Source: Squalus acanthias
Lineage: Eukaryota
Direction: 5' to 3'
Assembly: GCA_030390025.1 (NCBI GenBank)
Contig: CM059432.1
Location: 64,792,001-64,856,000, forward strand
Length of the DNA stretch: 64,000 bases
Shown here: positions 1 through 11,992 of the stretch, piece after piece
How positions within the stretch are numbered: the first letter of the stretch is position 1
Layout: each line of letters opens with the position of its first letter
Notes under the pieces: model-generated
Seen by the model: the letters and a program-made list of their open reading frames with translations, nothing else
Database searches by the model: none
What the model was told of the DNA's origin: nothing
Made by a program: the position numbers and the translations under genes

Positions 1-64
1 TGTGTTGAAATTCATTCGCCAATTATATGCCCATTCTGCAAGTTTATTAATGTCCTCCTGTCAT

Positions 65-518
65 TATTTTTTTATTCGTTTATGGGATCAGGACGTCGCT
101 GGCAATGCCAGCATTTATTGCCCATCCCTAGTTGCCCTTGAGAAGGTGTTGGTGAGCCACCTTCTTTAACCGCTGCAGTCCGTGTGGTGATGGTACTCCC
201 ACAGTGCTGTTAGGTCGGGAGTTCCAGGATTTTGACCCAACGACGATGAAGGATCGGCGATATACTTCTAAGTCAGGATGGTGTGTGACTTGGAGGGGAA
301 CTTGGAGGTGGTGGTGTTCCCATGCGCCTGCTGCCTTTGTCCTTCTAGGTGGAAGAGGTCACGGGTTTGGGAGGTGCTGCTGAAGAAGCCTTGGCGAGTT
401 GCTGCAGTGCATCTTGTAGATGGTACACACTGCAGCCATGGTACGCCGGTGGTGGAGGGAGTGAATGTTTAAGGTGGTGGATGGGGTGCCAATCAAGTGG
501 GCTGCTTTGTCCTGGATT
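65..518 (-). mobile_element. 3' fragment of a non-LTR retrotransposon (L2/CR1 supergroup, Crack/Daphne-like), same family as 55212-56095
   Basis: Closely similar to 55212-55660; minus strand encodes an RT C-terminal region (HCSNSPRLLQQHLPNP) and ends in an A-rich tail. Confidence 0.75.
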
Positions 519-940
519 TGTTACAGTCCTCCTCAGTATTGACAATCCCCTCCAATTTGGTGTCATCCGCAAATTTAGAAATTGTGTTTTTGATTCCAAA
601 GTCTAAATCGTTAATATAAATTGTGAACAACAGTGGTCCCAGCACTGATCCTTGTGGAACATCACTACCCACCTTCTGCCACTGTGAATAGCTACCCTTT
701 ACCCCTACTCTCTGCTTTCTGTCCTGAAGCCAGGCAGCTATCCATTCTGCTACTTGCTGCCTGACTCCGCATTCCTTGACCTTATTCATTAGTCTATTAT
801 GGGGTAGCTTATCGAAAGCCTGTTGAAACTCTAGATAAATTACATCTACTGCATTACCCTTGTCTATTCTCTCTGTTGCCTCTTCAAAAAATTCAATGAA
901 GTTGGTCAAGCAAGACTTTCCCTTTTGAAATCCATGCTGT
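519..940 (-). mobile_element. CR1 LINE reverse transcriptase fragment
   Basis: ORF 493..909: VDVIYLEFQQAFDKLPH, VPQGSVLGPLLFTIYINDL, SKFADDTKL. Confidence 0.92.
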
Positions 941-1057
941 TTTTAAGGTTTATTGCAGTTTAAAGAATGGAATTTAAATTTCTCCATTTGATACATTTAT
1001 CCTAGATAAAGTCCTATAACTTTACTCATCGGATAAATGAAGTATCCCCTGCAATAC

Positions 1058-1810
1058 GAGTCATCGAGTCATAACGGCAGAGAAGGAGGCCATTTGGCCC
1101 ATCGAGTCCATGTCAGCTCTCTGTAGAGCAATCCAGTCAGTCCCATTCTCCCGCTCTATCCCCGTAGCCCTGCAAGTTTATTTCCCTCAAGTGCCTATTC
1201 AGTCTCCCCTTGAAAACATTGAGTGTCTCCGCTTCCACCAATTCTGTTGGCAGCGAGTTCCAGGTCCTCACCACTTGCTGCGTAAAAAGGTTTTTCCTCA
1301 CATCCCTCCTGTATCTCTTGCCCAAAACCTTAAATCTGTGTCCCCTATTTCTTGCACCATCAACTAGTGGGAACAGCCTTTCCCCATCTAGCCTATCCGA
1401 ACCCGTCATAATCTTGTACGCCTCTATCAAATCACCCTTCAACCTCCTTTGCTCTAATGAAAACAGATCAAGCTTCTCCAACCTGTCCTTGTAGCTAAGA
1501 TCCCCCATCCCCGGCACCATTCTGGTAAATCTCCTCTGCACCCTCTCAAGTGCCTTCACAGCCTTCCTAAAGCGTGGTGACCAGAACTGGACGCAATACT
1601 CCAATTGTAGCCTAAGCAGCGCTTTATAAAGGTTCAGCATAACTTCTCTACTTTTGTACTCAATACCTCTATTTATGAAGCCCAAGATCCCATATGCTTT
1701 GCTAACCACTCTCAATATGTCCTGCCACCTTCAGAGATCTATGCACCTTAACTCCCAGGTCCCTCTGTCCCTGCACACTCTTTAAAACTGTGCCATTAAG
1801 TTTATAACTT
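1058..1810 (-). mobile_element. CR1 LINE 3' end, 5'-truncated
   Basis: ORF 1137..1715: LEYCVQFWSP, LERVQRRFTRM, RGHRFK, WNSLP, followed by CR1-type 3'UTR. Confidence 0.93.
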
Positions 1811-3065
1811 CTTCAATGTGTTCTTTTACTTTTATATGAAAACTTAACAGCATCGTCTAATCAAGTATCTACCACTTTTGAACTTAAAAGTTAAATCTTA
1901 ATAAATAAGGGAGTAAAATCAAGTGATTATGATTTTAAAGAATTATCTTATGAGGACATTCAGCTCCCAAAACAAAGAGAAGCACAAAAAAGACAAAAGT
2001 CTGTGGTAAATGAGCATTTCACAGATAAATATCCTGATTTAAATCCTGTTTCAGTTAGGGATAGCTTAAATGAAAATATAAATAATCTTTGTTTTATACA
2101 AAATCTTCTATAGTTTTGCATAATAGTAATGCTCTTTGCTTTTGCTCCTTCACACAGAACTTTGAAATGATCTTACTTTTTGCCTGACAGGATCTTAATG
2201 ACAAAAATTTTCTCCAGTTTGGGTATTATAACTATCTATCTGTTCTTTGCTTCTGTTACTTGATTTAGGACCCTGTTTTCACTTTATTCATCCATTTATG
2301 CAATTGTTGCTTTACTTTGAAGATATTTTAATGCAGAAAACATTTTATGCAATAAAACACATTTGTTATACAGTGTAATGCATCTGTTTTTAAGTTAACT
2401 GTAACTTACTGATTTGACTTAGTTCTATGCTCATTTTTTCTCCATCTTTCCAATTATCCATATCATATGGTTTGATCTTACACTCTAGAAATAATGAGGC
2501 CAACTTTAAAAAAATTGTAGTGCAAAATTCTATTCAACACATGACCATTTCTTCATGTACACAGTATATAATCTCAGCTCTCTTCCATTGTTGTCAGTAG
2601 TCAACATAGCATTGTGCTGCTGGCTGTGAAAGAATCATTATTGTGATAAAACACTTTTAAAATGTGTAAGCCTCAAGTCATTTTGTCAAGTGGATCTGAA
2701 AATATTTTTGAGAGGAATTAAATTGAAAGGAAGTTTAATTCCCTGTCCCAACTGTAGTACCTTAATTCTAGTTGCAAACAGTGATACTCCATCTCTGCCT
2801 ATATCTTTACCACAGCTTCAGAAAATAGATCTATGAAGCTTTGCTGCAGAAATGCTTAAGGGTTTACAAAAGAAAGCGAATAAGCATGCTGCTGTCATCC
2901 TCTCAGCAGGTTGCAAAGAGATGATGGCTTCTCAGAACATTTCTTAAAGCAATGGTCCTCATGTAACTTTTCCCATTCATTCAACAGCAGATATCAAGAG
3001 AGAAATATAAAATGTGGTCATTTTTATAATCCTAGTTTGTCATTAACAAATATGGTGGTAACATT

Positions 3066-3986
3066 CTGAAATTTTCCCCGAAAAAAACAGGTGGGTTTGG
3101 AGCGTGGGGGCAGTTAAATTCTTAAAAATGGGATTCCCGACCTGATCCTGCCTCCAACCCGCCCACTTCCAGTTTTGCCGGAGGCGGGTGACTAACCCAC
3201 TCCCAGAGGGCATTACCTTAATTTAAATATTGTAATGAGGCTGGAAATCTCTTTTTCCCCATCCATTTTGAATTCAACTGCCTGTGGACTGTCAGGTTTC
3301 ACACAATGTGTGAAACCCGGCAGTTAAACAGAGGCGGGGACTGCTGCATCCAAGAGGTAAGTGGCTTTATACCTACCTCCTGGATCCAGGGTCCCTACCT
3401 AACCCACCCCCTGTGATCGGAGACCCCACCACAAGGCTCCGATCACCACCTCCAGGCCTCTGATCCCCACCATGAGGCCTGCGCCTCACCCCACCGATGA
3501 TGCTGAGGCCGACCACAATCCTCCGATCCTTTCTCTGTTCCCCCCCTGCCGATCCTCCATCCCCCAGCTCCTGGCTGACCACCGCCCGCTGATCCCCGAT
3601 CCCGCTGATCCCTGGCCAACCAACCCCCTGCTGATCCCTGATCCTCGGCTGACCAACTGTTGACCCCCCCCCGCCACCGCGATCCCTGATGCCGACCCCC
3701 CGACCCCTCCGATCCCCGATGCCGAATGCAACCCCCCTCCCGCGATCCCCGATGCTGACCACCCTTCCGCAATCCCCGGTGCCCCATGCCGACGCCCCCC
3801 CCCCAATCCCCCCGGACCGACCCCTCGCATCTGGCTGGCTGTGGGCGGGAATCCGAGACATCACATGCAAATCAGGCCCTGCTGTTAAAGTTGGCAGGGC
3901 CTGCGGAAAAACTGTCCTCCCGGGTTTCCTGCCCACCTCGGAGACCCCCCCGCCCCCAACCCGCCACCCTGGAGAAAATTCCGGCC
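3066..3986. mobile_element. Non-autonomous DNA element (Harbinger-type MITE) with internal GATCCCC-type microrepeats
   Basis: Ends ctgaaattttcccc / ggagaaaattccggcc+aat; resembles the element at 8888-12668. Confidence 0.6.
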
Positions 3987-4219
3987 AATGTTATGCGATT
4001 GATGACTTGCCCAGGATCTTAGGTGTGACAAACTGTAATTGTGTTAAATTAAGGGTGCCAACAATCCCATAATATATATGAACCAAAGATGTTACCATTC
4101 ACTCAATACATAATTGGTCCTGATACACAAATTTTACCTGTGACTGTCCCATACCTGGATGAACACATGGCATACCCATGCTGCAGTAGGCATTTTTGCC
4201 TGCTGCATCTGAGCACCAT

Positions 4220-5916
4220 GGGGGGAATTTCTCGGGGGGCCAGTGGATGCGTTCGGTGGTGGGTCGGGTGGGAAAAAAAATTTTTTGACAGCGGGTCGGG
4301 ATCCCACTGTCAACCCGCCACCACGTGCCTTTCCCAGATGTCGGGTCTGTCAGTGCTGAACAGACCCAACACGCAACGGCGGGGGAGGTAATTCAGGTCA
4401 TTATGACTTTGTTAACAGCCCATTAAGAAGTATTTTGAGCGTACCTTTACATTTTACGAGGTCGTCCACGGGGTCCATGGTACTCAGGGATCACATCAGG
4501 TAAGCAGTTCGGGAGTTGTATGACAGTATTACTTGACAGCTGCAAATGTACTATAAAAGTTCCCATCTCACAGCTCCGAAGCTGTTGTTTACTGCATTTG
4601 GAAGACAGATTGAACTTTATACAGGTTGCAAGTGTTTGGAGTAAACTCTATCCAGTGTCACCTCATTGGAACAACCTCTCTCACCATTGACAGATCGCTT
4701 CTGTCATCTCAAGTTTGCCTGCCACCTATTACATCAGCATCGGTGCCCTTGAAACTATCTCACCTTGGTCCTCAGAATCCCACCACGATCAGCCCCAACA
4801 CCAGCAGCACCAACAACAACAACACCAACCTTTATCCACAATCAACTGATGTTGCACAGGACAGAGGGCATCAGCACCCGACCACATTGCTGCCCGGGAC
4901 GCCAGGGATGGCCTCAACATGGCCAGATTTACTTTACTTGATGCTGTACACCCTGGCTGCCACATGATGTGCCAGCTTGGCACCACCCCACACCAACACC
5001 ATAAAGCATCCCTACAATGCCCAATCCATTCCTTTCACACTCATCACCATTGCGGGGGGTTACCGTTATGTCTCACCATTCACTGCAACTCACTAAGCCA
5101 CTTCCAAAGGTGCACACAGATCTGTCTAAGAATGCAAAGTGTTGAAAATAAAGATTTAAATGTTTGACAGCACATTAACAGAAACTTTACATGAACATTG
5201 CATAAAACCCCCAAGTGCCTACCCTTGTGTGTTGTTAGTTGGTATGATTGGACTAGGATGAGGGTGAGTGTGAGGGGTGGCTAGTGAGATGGGGAAGTGA
5301 TAATGTAGATAGAGAGGGATGGTGGAGGTGCAAGGTAAGTTGATGTGAGTAAGGATGTGCAGGAGTAGGGCAGGGAAGACAGAGTGATGGGGATGTGATG
5401 AGTGGCACAGCAGGATAAGGTTGTGTAACTTTGCAGTAACATTTTGTGATCTACTGAGATCATTGAAAGGCTTGCACCACTGCAGCCAGGTCCTCCTGAC
5501 GACATCCCTGCTTGTGTCCTCCTGTGCAATGTGCAACCAGGCTGCGTTGGTCTCCTGGGGAGGTCTCTTCCGCCCATTGGAAGGGAAGAGAACCTCCCTG
5601 CGTGCTGTGACTCTCTCCATAAGCATATGGAGGGAGTCATGGGAGAGCCTGGGTGCAGCCCTGCGACTCTGTGCAGTGCTTGTCAGTGTTTGCAGCACCT
5701 GAATGCTGTAGAACACTGACAGCACAAATGTCAAAATAAATTTGCGCATGGTCCCTTTCAGGAAACCGACTGATGATGGGAAACGCACTGGGCGGGCTTA
5801 ACAAGCCCAATCAGGGGAAAATCATTTTGGACAACGGGCTGGAGCCGGCAGCGGGGCCGGGACCCGCTACTGAGGTCACCTGCCACGGACCCACCGAGCT
5901 AGCGGAAATCGCGGCC
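4220..5916 (-). mobile_element. Non-autonomous PIF/Harbinger derivative retaining a Myb/SANT-like exon
   Basis: ORF 5219..5788 (APRLSHDSLHMLME...AWLHIA...RTWLQWCKPFNDLSR); TIR-like ends; highly similar inverted copy at 33889-35661. Confidence 0.8.
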
Positions 5917-6249
5917 AATGAGTGAATGCATGTGCTGTGAATGATTGGAGGACTTAGTGAATCTGACGGGTTTTGTTTTTTCTAAAACCTGTGGTCTAAA
6001 ACCATGGCTCATAATCCCTTCACATAATCTAGGCACCTGCAGAGCATATGGACAACCCGGCAAACAGGATAGATTAAACATTCATCTGCAGCAGTAACTG
6101 TTTTGTCTTTGTCAGTGAGGGGTAGAGGGAGTGCTGTATAGTATAAGCTAACCTATGTTCAGAACGGTTGTGATGTTCATTTCTTTGCTACCCAAATGGC
6201 AATACAATTCAAATTCAGTGACGAATACATCCATGAATGCTTGGCATGG

Positions 6250-6765
6250 GCAACTCTTATATGAACATATAAAAACGAATGGCAAAAAAAGGCCTGGATG
6301 TCCATGAAGACTGTCCCATACTGTCATGGTGTGAATGATGCACACCGCAACCTCATCTGTCTCCCCCACTACCCACCAGCCAGCCACGGAATCTCCTGAG
6401 AGAGGCAAAAAACGGCAAAAAAAACACTAGGCCAATTTAGCGAATCTGTACGAGTTGGCAACTTGCTACATAGGTCAACGGCTGTTTGTGAAAAGAAATA
6501 CCTTTTAACATTTAACCTAGTTCTATGCTTATATAACTTAAACTGATGTCCCCATTTCCTCCCTAACCTATCTAACTCAACCAGCCAATCCACATGATCT
6601 CAGTCAAATTTCCTCAAAGTCTGTGCTGTTCCAGAGTAAAAAAACCCAGCTGTCTGAGCTTATTCTGGTAGCTGAGGGCTTTTAAACTGGGCATCAATCT
6701 AATGGCCCTCTTCTGAACCTTTATATCACCCACTATGTGAGGGGACTAAACCTGGACAGAGTGGC
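6250..6765 (-). mobile_element. Old CR1 3' fragment
   Basis: ORF 6369..6593 contains GHQFKLYKHRTRLNVKRYFFSQ; a related 3'UTR sits at about 49445-49590. Confidence 0.7.
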
Positions 6766-7661
6766 GTCTAAATTTAACATTGTTGCACCTGTTTTATGGG
6801 CATTCCTGCTCCACCTTGCCCCATCGAAAAGAATGCTAAGTTTTCTGGGATGTTTAGTGAACAGTCTCAAGCGGTCCCTTTAAGGACTGCTGGTTACCGC
6901 ACAGTGCATGCTCCACCAATTTGTATCTCGTAATTGCAATCGGGGTCCTATGGACATCACATTTGCATAGTTTAATGAAGCTTCCGCCTGACTCACTTGG
7001 GCACCAGGGCTGCCCTTATAAAGGCCCCCAGCAAAATGGTGGTGGGTGGGATCGAGCAAGAACAGGGGATGAGTGCAGCATTCCATTTTTAGGGCCACTA
7101 CCTCTCCGTTCCCGCCCGGCGGACCGAGATGTAAAAACTAAAAGTCAGTTCTGGATTTCACCATCTCATATACATAGCAAATTAAATGATTCAATGAATT
7201 TTAAATAAACTCCAAGCGATTGATTCAATATTCAAAGGAATACACTTGGGAATTTTTAACACTAGAAACTTGTTTAATTTCTACATGAGACTCTGTAAAT
7301 TATGCTCAAAAGTTTGGATTATTATGCAAAACATATTATTTACATTTAGGAAATTAGCATGATATCACCAGAAATGAAATACAGTTGCACCCTTTTATGA
7401 AAACTTATAGCATCTTTCAGATGAAATCTTTCTTGGATCTATTTAAATGTGCAATTATTTTATCTACTTTTAGTTCCTTGACATTGGTGCTAAAAATGCT
7501 TATACAGTATTTCTGATGGAAAATAATTTGTTTTTCTACTGTTTATATGTAGGTTGAAATTATGCTGTGCAGTATTAACTAACAAATACATAAACACATT
7601 ACTGTAAAATTCTTCTGCCCACTATTTTAACAGGGCATTAAGCCGTTTAACATAGATTAAT

Positions 7662-8480
7662 ATTAAAAAATGCTGGAAATACTCGGCGGGTCAGGCAGCA
7701 TCTGTGGAGAGAGAAACGGAGTTAATGGTCCCGACATTTACTCGGAGCCACATTGGGAGCGGGGGAGTCCGATATCGTGCGGGAAACTGGAAGTAAGTTC
7801 AGTGCGTCTGTCTGTGGCTTTTTAAGTCAGCCAGCTCATTAGCATTTTACTTCTGGGATTGTCATCCAATCAGCGGCAGCGGATGTGATGAAGACACGCA
7901 TGATGCAATCTCAACTCCAGTATTTAAAGAGGCAATCCGAAGATGCAATTTGGAAGGTTGGGATGTGGGTGTCGCTGGCAAGGCCATCATTTATTGCCCA
8001 TCCCTAGTTGCCCTTGAGAAAGTGTCTTGAACACCTTCTTGAACTGCTGCAGTCCGTGCGGTGAAGTGTAGAAAGTAACCTCTCAGCAGAAGTACAGTGA
8101 CCAAACTCTTTCCCAGGTAAGAAAGCAGCTGTGAGTACTGAGTATTTAGTGCAGCATTTGCATGAGTTTGATTAACCGCTCAATGCCTTCACTGGCAAGT
8201 TTCAGGAAGCTGGGGAAATCCGTGGATGCGCTGTTAAATTTAAAAGTCAGTTGAAATCGCTTCTCCCGAGGAGGTTGCGCACGCAGCCTAACACACTTCA
8301 GTTAAACGTGGAAGTTGGCAGGTTGGAGCCAGCTTCCCGACTCGCTGATATTTTTGCCGGTTTTAATCCCCCCTACAGGTTAAAATTCCCCTCAATGTTT
8401 CAGGTCAATGACCTTTGGTCATCAGATTTATCAGATCAGATGTATTTCAGATTTCCAACATCCACAGTATTTTGCTTTTG
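7662..8480 (-). mobile_element. Penelope pLTR-derived mini-element whose hammerhead is split by a MITE (7727-8393, AAT TSD)
   Basis: 15-bp TSD ttaacatagattaat at 7647-7661 and 8481-8495; antisense pLTR plus sense pLTR tail. Confidence 0.8.
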
Positions 8481-9213
8481 TTAACATAGATTAATGGCTT
8501 GTTCAGAATAGTGGATAGAGTGAAAGAAATACAAAACAAGAAGACAGCACTCGAGTGTAACACCAGCAACTTATTAAAATGCTAGTGGATATTTTGCTAT
8601 CAAGCATTGTAATATTGCACTGCCACTTGAACCCATGCACATTTTTTGACTGGTTCGCTGCCATTGCACACGCAACAGCATCAAGTCATCATCGTATCGT
8701 ATCTTCACACTCTTCCCTGCCACAAGGCTACACATGGCTTGGCATTATCATTGTATTTGGCGAGGTCAGTACTATTACAAGACTCAGACAGGAGTTCACA
8801 GTGGAGCAGATGGTCCATCGTTTGCGGCTCACGACCACAGTCGTACCTTACCGAATTACTGTCATTATAACTACGTTCCCACATTATGGGGGGAATTTTA
8901 ACCCCACAAAACAGATGGGTTGGAGTCGAGTGGGAGGTTACAGTGTAAAAAAACTGAATCCCGACCCCAACCCACTCACTTCCGGTTTTAACGGAGGCGG
9001 GACGGGGGGTGGGGAGCCAACCTGCTCCCAGGAGGCAAGTCGTCCATTTAAATATTATAATGAGGCTGGCATGCCTCATGGTTATAGACCATTACAGATT
9101 TAACTCTGTACAGATTCCAACTAAACTTCCACCCTTCGTGTTTCGGATCCACCCAGGATTACAAATATCTCCAAGATATTCATCGTTCCTCGAACTACTG
9201 CTCTCGCCGCATC

Positions 9214-11679
9214 TTGAGATCCACGCTCAATGCCATGCGGCGCCACATGAACACTCTCGACATCTCTCTTCAGCAGCACCGACGCACTCTATCTCAAAGC
9301 TGTCCAGGTCCACAGTTCCATTTCATCCTTAGACTCATCCGACGCTTCAACAAAAAACTTTTCTTCTTCCTTTCCGATGTCAAGGATCGCAAGCTTCAAC
9401 AACTCTTGGACACTAAAGCCCCTCCGGAACTTTCTTCCCCTTCACTTTCCTCTGACCCCCCTTCTCCCAATCTCACCCCCTGCCGCGTTTTCACTATCCC
9501 CTCTGACCTTCCCCTCTCTGACTCCGAACGATCAGTCCTCAGCAAAGGCCTGAGCTTCATCCCCTTACGCCCCCATCTCAATGAATTTCGAGCTCGGCAC
9601 GATGCTGAGCTCTTTTTCCGCCGCCTCCGTCTCCGTGCCCACTTCTCTGGCCAGGAGTCTTCCCCCCGCACGGCTGACCCTTTCTCCCGCTTTCAGAATT
9701 CTCGTTCCACCTGGACCCCTCCCTCTGGCCTCTTACCCTCTCTTGATCTTTTCATTGCTAACTGCCGCCGTGACATCGGCCAGCTCAATTTCTCTGCTCC
9801 CCTCACTCACTCCAACCTACCTCCCTCTGAACTTGCAGCACTCCATTCTCTCCGATCCAACCCTGACATTGTCATTAAACCTGCTGACAAGGGTGGCGCT
9901 GTTGTTGTTTGGCGAACCGACCTCTACCTAGCGGAAGTTGAACGCCAACTCTCTGACACCTCCTCCTACCTCCACCTGGACCATGACCCCACTACCGAAC
10001 ATCAAGCCACCGTGTCCAAGACTGTCACTGACCTCATCTCCTCTGGAGATCTTCCCCCCACGGCCGCCAACCTCATAGTTCCCCAACCCCGCACAGCCCG
10101 CTTCTACCTCCTTCCCAAGATCCACAAACAGGACTGCCCCGGTAGACCCATCGTTTCAGCCTGTTCTTGCCCCACGGAACTTATCTCTTCCTATCTCGAC
10201 TCTATTTTTTCTCCCCTTGTCCAGTCTCTTCCCACCTACATCCGCGACTCTTCCGATGCCCTCCGCCATTTTAACAGTTTCCAGTTTCCCGGCCCCAACC
10301 GTCTCCTCTTCACTATGGACGTACAATCCCTCTACACCTCCATTCCCCACCAGGATGGCCTGAGGGCGCTCCGCTTCTTCCTTGAACAGAGGCCCAACCA
10401 GTCCCCATCCACCACCACCCTCCTCCGCCTGGCTGAACTTGTTCTCACATTGAACAACTTCTCCTTTGACTCTACCCATTTCCTCCAAATTAAATGTGTT
10501 GCTATGGGTACCCGCATGGGTCCTAGCTATGCCTGCCTTTTCGTGGGATATGTGGAACACTCTTTGTTCCAGTCCTACTCGGGTCCCCTCCCTCACCTCT
10601 TTTTCCGGTACATTGATGACTGTATCGGTGCCGTCTCCTGCTCTCGCCCTGAACTAGAACATTTCATTCACTATGCTTCCAATTTCCACCCTTCCCTCAC
10701 CTTCACATGGTCCATCTCCGACTCTTCTCTTCCCTTCCTCGACTTCTCCATCTCCATCTCTGGGGATAGGTTATTGACTAACATTCACTACAAGCCCACC
10801 GACTCCCACAGCTACCTGGACTACACTTCCTCCCACCCCGCCTCCTGTAAGGACTCTATTCCATTCTCCCAGTTTCTCCGTCTCCGCCGCATCTGCTCTG
10901 ATGATGCCACCTTCCATACCAGTGCTTCCGACATGTCTTCCTTTTTCCTCAACCGAGGATTCCCCTCTACCGTGGTCGACACGGCCCTCGACCGTGTCCG
11001 TTCTATCTCCCGCACATCTGCCCTCACCCCTGCCCCTCCCTCCCGGAACCACGATAGGGTTCCCCTTGTCCTCACCTTTCACCCCACCAGCCTCCACATT
11101 CAACGGATCATCCTCCGCCATTTCCGCCACCTCCAGCGTGATCCCACCACCAAACACATCTTCCCCTCACCTCCCCTTTCAGCATTCCGCAGGGACCGCT
11201 CCCTCCGCGACACCCTAGTCCACTCCTCTACCACCCCCAGCACCCCTTCCCCTTCGCCCGGCACCTTCCCGTGCACGCGCAGGAGATGCAACACATGCCC
11301 TTATACCTCCCCTCTTCCCACTGTCCAGGGCCCCAAACACCCCTTCCAGGTGAAACAGCGATTTACTTGTACTTCCTGCAATTTAGTATACTGTATTCGC
11401 TGCTCACGATGTGGACTCCTCTACATTGGGGAGACCAAACGCAGATTGGGTGACCGCTTTGCGGAACACCTCCGTTCAGTCCGTAAGGGGGACCCCGAGC
11501 TCCCGGTGGCCTGTCACTTTAATTCACCGCTTCACTCCCACTCTGACCTCACCGTCCTCGGCCTAATACACTGTTCCACGGAAGCTCAGCGTAAGCTCGA
11601 GGAACAGCACCTCATCTTTCGTTTAGGCACGCTACAGCCCTCTGGACTCAATATCGAGTTCAACAATTTTAGATCATAA
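9214..11679 (+). CDS. Penelope-like RT - Cys-rich linker - GIY-YIG endonuclease polyprotein (frame open from 9088, native start missing)
   Basis: KPADKGG, FYLLPKIHK, PGRPIVS, TMDVQSLYT, AMGTRMGPSYA, RYIDD, CTRRRCNTC, VYCIRCSRCGLLYIGET..R..EH, GLN. Confidence 0.93.
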   Translation: MRSTLNAMRRHMNTLDISLQQHRRTLSQSCPGPQFHFILRLIRRFNKKLFFFLSDVKDRKLQQLLDTKAPPELSSPSLSSDPPSPNLTPCRVFTIPSDLPLSDSERSVLSKGLSFIPLRPHLNEFRARHDAELFFRRLRLRAHFSGQESSPRTADPFSRFQNSRSTWTPPSGLLPSLDLFIANCRRDIGQLNFSAPLTHSNLPPSELAALHSLRSNPDIVIKPADKGGAVVVWRTDLYLAEVERQLSDTSSYLHLDHDPTTEHQATVSKTVTDLISSGDLPPTAANLIVPQPRTARFYLLPKIHKQDCPGRPIVSACSCPTELISSYLDSIFSPLVQSLPTYIRDSSDALRHFNSFQFPGPNRLLFTMDVQSLYTSIPHQDGLRALRFFLEQRPNQSPSTTTLLRLAELVLTLNNFSFDSTHFLQIKCVAMGTRMGPSYACLFVGYVEHSLFQSYSGPLPHLFFRYIDDCIGAVSCSRPELEHFIHYASNFHPSLTFTWSISDSSLPFLDFSISISGDRLLTNIHYKPTDSHSYLDYTSSHPASCKDSIPFSQFLRLRRICSDDATFHTSASDMSSFFLNRGFPSTVVDTALDRVRSISRTSALTPAPPSRNHDRVPLVLTFHPTSLHIQRIILRHFRHLQRDPTTKHIFPSPPLSAFRRDRSLRDTLVHSSTTPSTPSPSPGTFPCTRRRCNTCPYTSPLPTVQGPKHPFQVKQRFTCTSCNLVYCIRCSRCGLLYIGETKRRLGDRFAEHLRSVRKGDPELPVACHFNSPLHSHSDLTVLGLIHCSTEAQRKLEEQHLIFRLGTLQPSGLNIEFNNFRS

Positions 11680-11955
11680 CCTCAGCTCCAATCACATTTA
11701 TATTTTATTTTATCCACCCTTTTATTTGTCCCCCCCACCTTTTTTTTCCTCCTAGAAGCTGGCAGCTGTCCTTCATTCTGCCAGTAGATTTCACACTTCA
11801 TTCAGCCTTAATCTGTCACATTAACACCACCTCTAGCCTTGCATATCTCTTAATGTCTCTTAATGTCTCTTCATCTCCTCCTTTGTTCCTTTATCCCCTC
11901 CCCCTTTTCCCAGCTTTACCCTGGCCTTAAATCTATTTGATTTCCAGCTCTTCCC

Positions 11956-11992
11956 AGTTCTGATGAAAGGTCATCGACCTGAAACGTCAACT
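11956..11992 (+). ncRNA. Minimal type-I hammerhead ribozyme in Penelope pLTR (GUC cleavage triplet)
   Basis: AGUU-CUGAUGA-A-AGGUC(AUC)GACCU-GAAA-C-GUC-AACU: conserved core, stem I AGUU/AACU, 5-bp stem II, vestigial stem III. Confidence 0.88.

Noticed and set aside
345..909. Novel chimeric LINE protein
   Set aside because: Two fragments of different LINE families abut at about 518; seen once and best explained by insertion or deletion
3373..4072. Gly/Arg- and Pro-rich ORFs (also 12063-12712)
   Set aside because: Low-complexity GC-skewed MITE interior, open in many frames
9396..11294. Antisense and alternative-frame ORFs within Penelope
   Set aside because: By-products of the C/T-rich coding strand; no recognisable domains
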